From Patescibacteria group bacterium (GTDB lineage: Bacteria; Patescibacteriota; Patescibacteriia; Patescibacteriales; UBA12465), in NCBI GenBank assembly GCA_050949525.1, contig JBMNFW010000001.1, positions 335,890 to 399,889 on the forward strand: a stretch of 64,000 bases of DNA. Direction: 5' to 3'. Below are positions 8,204 to 16,100 of the stretch, piece by piece (positions within the stretch are counted from its first letter, which is position 1; every line of letters begins with the position of its first letter). The translations under genes and the position numbers were made by a program. A model generated the notes under the pieces. That model did no database searches and had not been told where the DNA came from. It saw only the letters and a program-made list of their open reading frames with translations.

Positions 8204-9718
8204 ATGAAAACTAAAAATCCAGTAATATTAATTATTCGTGATGGTTGGGGATATAATCCGAAGCGAGAGTTTAATTATATTAAACAAGCTAAAACGCCTA
8301 ATGAAGATAGGTATTTAAAGACATATTCTCACACTCTTTTAAAAGCCAGTGGGGAAGCGGTAGGTTTAGAGAAAGGGTATCAGGGTAATTCTGAAGTTGG
8401 TCATTTAACCTTGGGTTCAGGTCGGATAATCTTTCAATCTTTACCTCGAATTAATCAGAGTATAAAGAGTGGGGAATTCTTTAAGAAAAAAGAATTTTTG
8501 GATTTAATTAAACATTGTCGAGAAAAAAAGAGTAAATTACATTTAATGGGCTTACTTCAGGTGGAAGGGGTTCACTCGCATTTAGATCATCTATTAGCTC
8601 TCTTAGATTTATGTGCTCAGAATAAGTTTAAGGATGTATTAATACATCTCATTACTGATGGACGTGATGCTCCAGTAAATGATAGTTTGAAGCATTTAAA
8701 TAGGCTACAGAGAAAGATAAAAGAGCTGAATTTAGGGGAGATAGTTAGCGTTAGTGGTCGTTATTATGCGATGGATCGGGATAATCGTTGGAGTCGAACC
8801 AAGACAGCGTATAAAATTATTGTACAGGGGGAAGGCCCTAGTTTTAAAGATATTAAAACTGAAATAAAAGCCTGTCATTTAGCAGGTCAAAGTGATGAAT
8901 TTATTATCCCAAAAAAACTAGAATCATATCAGGGTGCTCAAAGTCAGGATGCTTTCATTTTCTTTAATTTTAGGACTGATAGGACTAGACAGTTAAGTCA
9001 AGCTATAGTGGAAAAGAATTTTAAGGGCTTTTCTCGTCCTAAAAAAACCTTTAAAATGACAGCTATGACGCAGTATTATGATAATATGTCAGCTCAAGTT
9101 GCTTTTCCTAGTATTGATATCAATAATACTTTAAGTGATATTTTAGCTCAAGCTAATTATCGTCAATTAAGAATTAGCGAGACTGAAAAATATGCTCATG
9201 TTACTTTTTTCTTTAATGGTCAAAAAGAAAAAGCTAATAGAGGAGAAGATAGAATTTTAATCCCATCTCCTAAGGTGGCTACCTATGATCTTCAACCTGA
9301 AATGAGTGTTTTTAAAATTTCAGATCGTTTGACGAAGGAGATAAAAAAAAGATATTATGATTTCATAGTTGTTAATTTAGTTAATGGAGATATGGTGGGA
9401 CATACTGCTCAAGTTGAAGCTATTAAAAAAGCTATTAGCGCTGTTGATAAAGCTCAGGGAGATATTGTTAAAAGTGCTTTAGAGAATGGTTATACCACTT
9501 TACTTTTAGCTGATCATGGCAATGCTGAGGATAAGCGACCCGCTACTATTACTAGCCATACTACTAATCCAGTTCCCGCTATTTTAATTTTTCCGAATAA
9601 AAGTTTAAAATTGCGAAAAGGTGGGGGATTATCAGATGTGGCACCGACGATTTTGGAACTTTTAGGATTAGAGCCTTCAGTTGAGATGACTGGTCAATCA
9701 TTATTATTTAATTATTAA
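8204..9718 (+). CDS. gpmI: 2,3-bisphosphoglycerate-independent phosphoglycerate mutase
   Basis: RDGWG, GNSEVGHLTLGSGRI and the C-terminal metal-site motifs NGDMVGHT and ADHGNAE. An extended -10 TGCTATAAT lies at 8172-8180. Confidence 0.9.
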   Translation: MKTKNPVILIIRDGWGYNPKREFNYIKQAKTPNEDRYLKTYSHTLLKASGEAVGLEKGYQGNSEVGHLTLGSGRIIFQSLPRINQSIKSGEFFKKKEFLDLIKHCREKKSKLHLMGLLQVEGVHSHLDHLLALLDLCAQNKFKDVLIHLITDGRDAPVNDSLKHLNRLQRKIKELNLGEIVSVSGRYYAMDRDNRWSRTKTAYKIIVQGEGPSFKDIKTEIKACHLAGQSDEFIIPKKLESYQGAQSQDAFIFFNFRTDRTRQLSQAIVEKNFKGFSRPKKTFKMTAMTQYYDNMSAQVAFPSIDINNTLSDILAQANYRQLRISETEKYAHVTFFFNGQKEKANRGEDRILIPSPKVATYDLQPEMSVFKISDRLTKEIKKRYYDFIVVNLVNGDMVGHTAQVEAIKKAISAVDKAQGDIVKSALENGYTTLLLADHGNAEDKRPATITSHTTNPVPAILIFPNKSLKLRKGGGLSDVAPTILELLGLEPSVEMTGQSLLFNY

Positions 9719-9729
9719 TATATAATTCT

Positions 9730-10464
9730 ATGCGTTTAGCAGGAAAAGTGGCTATTGTTACCGGGGCTTCTTCTGGCTTAGGGGAAGCAATAGCTAAAAT
9801 GTATTTAGCTCAAGGAGCTAAAGTTGTTTTATCTGATCTAAATCATTATGAAAAGATAGATGATTTAGGTCCAGATGCTTTATTCTTTTCAGCCAATGTA
9901 ACTAAGGAAGAGGAAGTAAAAAAACTTCTTGATTTTACCTTAGAAAATTTTGGTCGACTTGATATTATAGTTAACAATGCCGGGGTTGGTGATACCACTC
10001 CTTTAATTGAAATGAGTTCTGAGACTTGGTCTAAAGTTTTAGCGGTAAATTTAAATGGAGTTTTTTATGGAACTAAAATTGCGGCTAAGTATATGAAGGA
10101 GAATAATATTAAAGGTTCTATTATTAATACCGCTTCTATTTTAGGGTCAGTTGGTTTTCAGGGAGCTTCAGCTTATTGTACTTCTAAAGGTGGAGTTAAT
10201 CAATTAACTAGAACAGCGGCTTTAGAGCTAGCTTCAGCTGGAATTAGAGTTAACTCTATTGCTCCGGGGTTTATAAAAACCAAGATGACTCAAGGAGTTG
10301 AAGAAGATAAAGCTTCTAATGATTTTATAAATTCTATGACTCCTTTAGGTTATATGGGAGAGCCTAATGATATTGCTTATGCCGCTGTTTATTTAGCTTC
10401 TGATGAATCTAAATATGTTACCGGATCAGTACTTTATGTTGATGGTGGCTGGACTGCTCATTAG
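9730..10464 (+). CDS. Short-chain dehydrogenase/reductase (FabG or glucose-1-dehydrogenase-like)
   Basis: TGASSGLG cofactor motif, NNAG, and the catalytic S...YxxxK (YCTSK). Confidence 0.85.
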   Translation: MRLAGKVAIVTGASSGLGEAIAKMYLAQGAKVVLSDLNHYEKIDDLGPDALFFSANVTKEEEVKKLLDFTLENFGRLDIIVNNAGVGDTTPLIEMSSETWSKVLAVNLNGVFYGTKIAAKYMKENNIKGSIINTASILGSVGFQGASAYCTSKGGVNQLTRTAALELASAGIRVNSIAPGFIKTKMTQGVEEDKASNDFINSMTPLGYMGEPNDIAYAAVYLASDESKYVTGSVLYVDGGWTAH

Positions 10465-10557
10465 AAAAAAAGAAAAAAGAAAAAAAATGATAAATAAAAA
10501 AGCTGGAGATTATTCTCTTGCTTTTTTTTAATATATTTTATATGATGAATATCGTTA

Positions 10558-10647
10558 GGAGAGATGCCAGAGTGGTTGAATGGAACGGTCTTGAAAACCG
10601 TCGTGCCTTAACGGGTACCGTGGGTTCGAATCCCACTCTCTCCGCCA
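10558..10647 (+). tRNA. tRNA-Ser (anticodon TGA) with encoded CCA
   Basis: Acceptor GGAGAGA / TCTCTCC, anticodon loop CTTGAAA, a long variable arm, T-loop GGTTCGAATCC and a terminal GCCA. Confidence 0.9.
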
Positions 10648-10648
10648 A

Positions 10649-10792
10649 GTTTTACATTCAGCGAAATTGAAAGATGTTGCCAATAACACAGTTATTAAAA
10701 TTGAGCAGGGTGAAAATAAAAACCCAACGCTCGAAACATTAAAAAAATTAGCAAACGCTCTTGGCGTGAGCCTAGACGATTTAATCAAATAA
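10649..10792 (+). pseudogene. 5'-truncated XRE-family HTH gene fragment
   Basis: The frame reads ...SAKLKDVANNTVIKIEQGENKNPTLETLKKLANALGVSLDDLIK*. This is helix 3 and the C-terminus of an HTH_XRE domain. About 20 N-terminal codons would fall inside the tRNA, and there is no start codon. Confidence 0.6.
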
Positions 10793-10793
10793 T

Positions 10794-11774
10794 ATGAACT
10801 GCAAAAATTGCAACAATTTAGTACCAGAAAACGCCAAGTTTTGTAATAAGTGTGGCAAACCGATTGATATTGAAAAATCCAAAACAAGCTCTTCTGGTTT
10901 TGATATAGAAAAAACGAGAAAGAGTTTGAAAAACACGGGCAATTCTGTTTATGCGATTGGCTGGATAACCATAATAATAAATATTGGAATTTATCTTTGG
11001 AGTGTTCTTGATAAAAATTTTGCCGAATCAGGACTTCCTGCCAGTGATCTTTCAGGAACTTTTTTAATGGTAGTTGCGGCTAGTATTTTTATCATTCTCG
11101 GTAATCGCATTCGCGGATTAGTAGATAGAAACATAAAATTGTATTTGCAGGTTCTTCTAGGGCTTTCTTTGTTGTTTTTAGTTTGGGTGCTTTCGACAGG
11201 TGGTCGGGTTGGTATCTTATTTTTCCTTGTTGTGGCGTATCTTATTTCCTCTTTAGTTAAAATTCGCAAAGCGATGAAAAGCGAAGAATTTACTTCTACG
11301 CTTGAAAGCCCTAAATATAAGCTGGACAAAAAGGGTTGGATAATTTTTGCGTTAGCCGCCGTACTATTGTTTTTTGTAGCCGTAGGAATTGATTTATCTT
11401 CCCCAAGCTATCAGGAAACAAACGACAATTTGTCGCAAGTGAGCAATGATAATTACTCAAAGGCGGATTTAATAAATGAAACAGTTAGAGAAATAAAAGC
11501 CGAGATGGTTTTACCAAGCCAGCTTGACGAAGTAACAAAGCTTGTTGATATTTCAGCTCAACCTGACGCTATCCGCTATCATTATGTTCTTACAGATGTT
11601 GATACAACCAGTCTTTCAAACGCTTACCTAAAGAACTTTTTGGTTTCAGATATTTGTGGAAATGCTGACACAAAAAGTCTCCTAGTGGATCATGGAATAA
11701 ACATGGAATATTCCTATACCGTCAATACAGGAGAGCGATACTTTGTAACCTTTACTAAAGCTGATTGCTACTAA
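10794..11774 (+). CDS. Zinc-ribbon membrane protein (hypothetical)
   Basis: N-terminal CKNC...CNKCG zinc ribbon, four or five TM helices and a C-terminal soluble domain. G+C is higher than in the surrounding genome. Confidence 0.65.
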   Translation: MNCKNCNNLVPENAKFCNKCGKPIDIEKSKTSSSGFDIEKTRKSLKNTGNSVYAIGWITIIINIGIYLWSVLDKNFAESGLPASDLSGTFLMVVAASIFIILGNRIRGLVDRNIKLYLQVLLGLSLLFLVWVLSTGGRVGILFFLVVAYLISSLVKIRKAMKSEEFTSTLESPKYKLDKKGWIIFALAAVLLFFVAVGIDLSSPSYQETNDNLSQVSNDNYSKADLINETVREIKAEMVLPSQLDEVTKLVDISAQPDAIRYHYVLTDVDTTSLSNAYLKNFLVSDICGNADTKSLLVDHGINMEYSYTVNTGERYFVTFTKADCY

Positions 11775-11776
11775 AT

Positions 11777-13315
11777 ATGTTTTGCGTAAATTGTGGTGAA
11801 AAATTAGAGAGAGCCGACAGATTTTGCAAAAACTGTGGCCAAGACCAAGAAAAAGCTATAACAAGTGGCGAAAAAGGCGGATTTTACCTCTTTCATTTTC
11901 TGGGATTACTTTTCTGCTTCGGGCTTTTGTTAATTTTCGGATATTTAATTTTAGGCAATTTCCTCGCAGTCGCTTTTTCTTGGGAAGATTTATTGTTTTT
12001 TGCAATAGTCGGCTTGATTGTCTATCTGCTCGTTCGTTGGATTGGAAGTTCTCTTAACAAAAAATTTGATACTTCCGTTCAAGACTTTTTAGATGGCAAT
12101 AAAGTAAGTTTGTTCAGCGATAAAGGATTACTAAAAACGTTTGGATTTTTACTTATTACTCTTTTGCCGTTTTTGTTTTATCTTCTTGCCCTTGCTCTTT
12201 TTGCGGCAATAGATTTTGGAATGTATGGGCTATGGGCAGTTTCTTATTTGCCTCGTGTGCCAGTTGCTCTCTTAATCGGTTTAGCTGTTGTCGCATTTGG
12301 TACTGGTATAGCGATTTTGATTGGTTTTTATTATCTCTTCTTCCCACCAAAACGAAAAACGCTCGGAATTACGATTTCGGAAAATGAAGAAAAGAAGCTT
12401 TGGAATTTAACAAAAGAAATTGCAAAAGAAATACAAGCCAAACCGATTGATAAAATTGTTATCACTCCAGACCCGGGAATTGGTGTATATCTTGACGGCA
12501 ATTTGCTTTCAACAATCTTTGGTGGCGGTAAGCGAGTTTTGGAAATAGGGTTATCTTCTTTGCATGATCTAACGACAGATGAATTTAAGGCAATACTCGC
12601 CCATGAATACGGGCATTTCAGTAATAAAGACACGCAATGGAGTTCTTATACTTACTCAATGGGAAATTCTTTAACAAGTACATTGCGCTCAATGCCCGGA
12701 CCTTCTCAAGATGAAAAGGAAGAAGGCGGATGGGTTCGTTTGATGATGACACTAAATCCCGCATATTGGCTTTTACTTCTGTATGTAATGCTGTATTTCA
12801 AAATCACAAATGGATTTTCAAGAATCAGAGAAGTTATGGCTGATATTATGGCAATGCGTTTGTACGGCGGAAAAGCATTTGGAAATGGTCTTTTGAAAGT
12901 TGCGACTAATGACCTTATATTTAGCGAAATAATCCAATCAAAATGGGTTCCCGAACTTTTGAAAGAGGAAAAGACCATTTCCAATTTCTCAAAATTTATG
13001 GAAATCGTTTACAAAGGATTAGAGAAAAAAGATGTCGCAGAGCTTCAAAATAATATACTTTCCAATAAACAAATTCACAGTGCTTATGACTCACACCCCG
13101 CGCTGAAAATGAGAATTGATTATGCAAAGAAGTTTGGCGATGAATCCGAAAAAGATAGCAAGCCGGTTGGAGAGCTTTTTGATAATTGGGACGAAATAAA
13201 CAAAAAAGTTGCCGAGTTGTATAATTTGCGATTGATGTATATATTACAAGCGCACAGCGCACAATCGGCGACCGCAGAACAAGAGGTAAAACCAGAAGAA
13301 ACAGAGAAAAAATAA
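11777..13315 (+). CDS. Zinc-ribbon membrane metalloprotease, M48-like
   Basis: The likely start is ATG 11777 (the track starts at TTG 11765). It has a CVNC...CKNCG ribbon, TM helices and a HExxH motif in AILAHEYGHFSNKD. Confidence 0.7.
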   Translation: MFCVNCGEKLERADRFCKNCGQDQEKAITSGEKGGFYLFHFLGLLFCFGLLLIFGYLILGNFLAVAFSWEDLLFFAIVGLIVYLLVRWIGSSLNKKFDTSVQDFLDGNKVSLFSDKGLLKTFGFLLITLLPFLFYLLALALFAAIDFGMYGLWAVSYLPRVPVALLIGLAVVAFGTGIAILIGFYYLFFPPKRKTLGITISENEEKKLWNLTKEIAKEIQAKPIDKIVITPDPGIGVYLDGNLLSTIFGGGKRVLEIGLSSLHDLTTDEFKAILAHEYGHFSNKDTQWSSYTYSMGNSLTSTLRSMPGPSQDEKEEGGWVRLMMTLNPAYWLLLLYVMLYFKITNGFSRIREVMADIMAMRLYGGKAFGNGLLKVATNDLIFSEIIQSKWVPELLKEEKTISNFSKFMEIVYKGLEKKDVAELQNNILSNKQIHSAYDSHPALKMRIDYAKKFGDESEKDSKPVGELFDNWDEINKKVAELYNLRLMYILQAHSAQSATAEQEVKPEETEKK

Positions 13316-13366
13316 AGGCGGCGCGCCAGTTTCACTGGCACGAAATTCGGCGGCGGCGGAAAGCGA

Positions 13367-13415
13367 GGGCGGGCAAAAATTCCTTCCCCCCAACCCCCTT
13401 CCTTTTTGCCCGCCC
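13367..13415. repeat. GC-rich hairpin (13-bp stem, 23-nt C-rich loop)
   Basis: GGGCGGGCAAAAA ... TTTTTGCCCGCCC. It lies within an unusually GC-rich non-coding stretch, 13316-13510. Confidence 0.8.
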
Positions 13416-13610
13416 GAGCGATTGGATTTTAAAATTCGGAATTCGGATTTTCGTCAAAAAAAGTTCGAACGTCAATCAAAAAACACCGCATCATCGTGCT
13501 AGCACGAGGTAGTTAGAAATAGAGCTTATTTAGGCTCTATTTTTTATTTTATATTAGGTAAAACATAATGAATAAGTTCAGATACATTTTGGAAAATAAA
13601 AAGCCCAAAA

Positions 13611-14686
13611 TGTATGCAGATAAAGTTTAAGTACTATAATTGTCCCGGATTTGGTACATTATATAATGATGCAATTAAGCAAAAATATATGATTACCAAA
13701 GAAGCTAGACAAAGACTCAAAATATTAGAATTTTGGAAGCAATATGGCCTTCAAGCCACTACTGATGCCTTTGGGGTTAAAAAATCTACCCTATACAATT
13801 GGCAAAAAATATTTAGAGAAGGGGGTGGCAAGATAGAAGCTCTCAATCCTAAATCCCAAGCTAGGATTAACAAGAATAAAAGAGAAATACATCCTCTGAT
13901 ATTAAAAGAGATTAGACGTTTAAGACTAGAGATTTGTCCTAATATGGATAAAACTAAAGTTAAAAAATTTTTAGATAAATTTTGTGAAATTAATAATTTA
14001 CCAATATACTCAGAATCAAAGATAGGTAGAATTATTAAAGATAAAGATATATATCATCATAGACAGAAAATATCTCATTTTGGTAAGATTAAAAAAATTA
14101 AAAAAACTAAAAAGAAAAGAAAACCTAAGGAATTACAAGTAAATAATCCTGGGGATTTAATAGAGATAGATACTGTTGTTAGATTTCACAATGGATTAAA
14201 GAGATATATTATTACCGCTGTTGATACTTTTAGCCGAACAGCTTTCGCTTATGCCTATAACAGAATTAGTAGCTCTAATGCTAAAGATTTTTTTAAAAAA
14301 TTAGAAGAAGTCATGCCCTTTAATATTAAGGCTGTTCAGACTGATAATGGTTTAGAATTCCATCTCTATTTTAAAAAATACTTAGAAGAGAGAAAAATTG
14401 AGCATTATTTCAATTATCCAGGTAGACCATACAAACAGGGTCATATTGAGAAGTTTAATAGGACTATTCAAGAAGAATTCATTGATTGGAGTGGTGAAAA
14501 ATACTTTGATAATTTAGATGATTTTAATAATTTGTTAATTGATTGGCTTCTTTGGTATAATACCGATAGACCACATTGGAGCCTTGAATTAGTATCTCCG
14601 ATGAATTATTTGGTTAATAATAATTTTTTTTCCAAAATGACGTGGACTAATACAGCTTCTTGACTATAATTTATCAATAATATACA
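13611..14686 (+). mobile_element. IS481-like insertion sequence (boundaries tentative)
   Basis: A single DDE/rve transposase ORF. Candidate imperfect terminal inverted repeats are TGTAT-n3-GATAAA (left) and TTTATC-n6-ATACA (right). I found no target-site duplication. Confidence 0.5.
13689..14663 (+). CDS. DDE (rve) transposase/integrase, IS481/IS3-superfamily-like
   Basis: N-terminal HTH (KKSTLYNWQK) and a DDE triad context: LIEIDTV, VQTDNGLEF and GHIEKFNRT. The probable start is ATG 13689; the track ORF starts at 13614. Confidence 0.8.
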   Translation: MITKEARQRLKILEFWKQYGLQATTDAFGVKKSTLYNWQKIFREGGGKIEALNPKSQARINKNKREIHPLILKEIRRLRLEICPNMDKTKVKKFLDKFCEINNLPIYSESKIGRIIKDKDIYHHRQKISHFGKIKKIKKTKKKRKPKELQVNNPGDLIEIDTVVRFHNGLKRYIITAVDTFSRTAFAYAYNRISSSNAKDFFKKLEEVMPFNIKAVQTDNGLEFHLYFKKYLEERKIEHYFNYPGRPYKQGHIEKFNRTIQEEFIDWSGEKYFDNLDDFNNLLIDWLLWYNTDRPHWSLELVSPMNYLVNNNFFSKMTWTNTAS

Positions 14687-14729
14687 ATGGAACTATGATA
14701 ATTTATTAGTTCCATTAAACAAATTAGAT

Positions 14730-15299
14730 ATGGATAGTTTAATTGCAAAATTATATCAATCTCCTAAAACAATCTTGACTAATAAGGATTTAGCTTTGAT
14801 TTGGCAAATAAATGATAAGCAAAACTTATATACCAAAACAGCTTATTATGTAAAACAAAAAGCCTTGATTCGATTAACTCGAGGAGTTTTTGCTAAAAAT
14901 AAAGATTTTAATCCAAAAGAATTAGCGACCAGTATTTATATTCCATCCTATATCAGCTTTGAGACGGTTTTAAGAGAAGCTGGTGTGATTTTTCAATATT
15001 ATGAAACAATATTTGTGGCATCTAAGTGGCCTAAAACAATTGAGATAGATAAGTATATTATTACATTTAGAAAATTGAAAGATGTGGTTTTATTTAATTC
15101 TACTGGAGTTATTAATAAAGATAATTATAGCATAGCGACAACTGAAAGAGCTTTTTTGGATATGATTTATCTGTTTCCAAATTATTATTTTGATAACTTA
15201 AGACCAATTAATTGGGAAAAATGTGATGAAATTGTTAAAATTTATAATAATCAACAATTAATAAAAAGATTAAATAAATATCGTAAACATTATGCTTAA
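14730..15299 (+). CDS. AbiEi-like antitoxin (type IV TA / abortive infection)
   Basis: Its size, its N-terminal winged-helix-like region (LIRLTRGVF) and its 8-nt overlap with a downstream AbiEii-type gene. Confidence 0.6.
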   Translation: MDSLIAKLYQSPKTILTNKDLALIWQINDKQNLYTKTAYYVKQKALIRLTRGVFAKNKDFNPKELATSIYIPSYISFETVLREAGVIFQYYETIFVASKWPKTIEIDKYIITFRKLKDVVLFNSTGVINKDNYSIATTERAFLDMIYLFPNYYFDNLRPINWEKCDEIVKIYNNQQLIKRLNKYRKHYA

Positions 15300-15999
15300 T
15301 AAGGGAAAACATCAATTAATAATGGGGCAGATTTTGAAAGATATTTATACTGATGTATCAATTAGTTCGCTGCTAGGTTTTAAAGGTGGGACTTGTGTTT
15401 ATTTATTTTATAATTTACCAAGGTTTTCAGTAGATTTAGATTTTGATTTATTGACGATAAATGAGAAAAATAAAAAATTAGTATTTGAAAAAATATTATC
15501 TATTTTAACTAAGTATGGGAAAATTAAGGATCAATGTATAAAAAGATTTACAATTTTTGCTTTACTTTCTTATGATAAGGGTGAGCATAATATTAAAGTA
15601 GAAATTAATACTAGGGATTTAATAAAAAATATTCGAGATCATTATGAGATGAAGGAGTATCTTGGTATACCTGTTTTGGTAGCCAAAAAAGATTATTTAT
15701 TTGCTAGTAAGTTATCAGCTCTAACTTTAAGAAATGAAATGGCCGCAAGAGACATCTATGATATCCACTATTTTGCTAAAAATAATTGGGATATTAATAC
15801 TGAAGTAATAAAAGTGAGAACTGGTAAAACCGTAAAAAATTATTTAAATGATTGTATTGTTTTTATTAATAAAGTGAGGGATAATCAAATAATGCATGGT
15901 TTGGGTGAGTTAATTAGTAGCGAAAAAGAAAAGGCTTGGATTAAAAATCATTTAAAAGCTGATACTATTTTTATGTTAAAAAATTATATATCTTTATAA
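15292..15999 (+). CDS. Nucleotidyltransferase, AbiEii/AbiGii toxin family
   Basis: The FKGGTCVYLFYNLPRFSVDLDFD motif is characteristic of the DUF1814/AbiEii family. Confidence 0.7.
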   Translation: MLNKGKHQLIMGQILKDIYTDVSISSLLGFKGGTCVYLFYNLPRFSVDLDFDLLTINEKNKKLVFEKILSILTKYGKIKDQCIKRFTIFALLSYDKGEHNIKVEINTRDLIKNIRDHYEMKEYLGIPVLVAKKDYLFASKLSALTLRNEMAARDIYDIHYFAKNNWDINTEVIKVRTGKTVKNYLNDCIVFINKVRDNQIMHGLGELISSEKEKAWIKNHLKADTIFMLKNYISL

Positions 16000-16100
16000 A
16001 TAGCTCTCTGTTAAATTTGGTAGTTTTTTAAATTTATAAGAAATTTTTTTATTAGTTTAATCTTAATATAATACCTTTTATAATAATTAATATTAAAAAT

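Noticed and set aside
10465-10500. An A-rich near-tandem heptamer run, (AGAAAAA)n, after the SDR gene.
   Set aside because: It is low-complexity poly-A-like spacer preceding a terminator hairpin. Nothing suggests a function beyond composition.
10555-13341. Minus-strand and alternative-frame ORFs across the foreign segment: 10555-10887, 10991-11329, 11824-12057, 12156-12350, 12331-12633, 12706-12984, 12996-13262 and 13120-13341.
   Set aside because: The higher G+C here lowers stop-codon frequency, so spurious open frames appear. 10555-10887 runs antisense through the tRNA-Ser gene. The + strand genes have zinc-ribbon and HExxH motifs and coherent TM topology.
13585-14639. The 12-bp perfect inverted repeat CATTTTGGAAAA / TTTTCCAAAATG, considered as the IS termini.
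   Set aside because: - It would give CA...TG outer ends, not TG...CA.
- It would cut off the last 8 codons of the transposase.
- A/T-rich 12-mers can match by chance.

It is retained only as the second option in the IS finding.
16030-16052. A TAGTTTTTTAAAT sequence resembling the leader box upstream of the HD-protein gene.
   Set aside because: It matches 11 of 13 positions but lacks the conserved C. It lies about 60 nt from the ATG with no TTGACA partner, so it is indistinguishable from AT-rich background.
10620-16100. A direct repeat of the tRNA-Ser 3' end (an attR) that would delimit a classical integrative island.
   Set aside because: I found no convincing second copy of GGTTCGAATCCCACTCTCTCC. 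The best match is a 7-nt GTTCGAA at about 13463. No tyrosine or serine integrase is present either.
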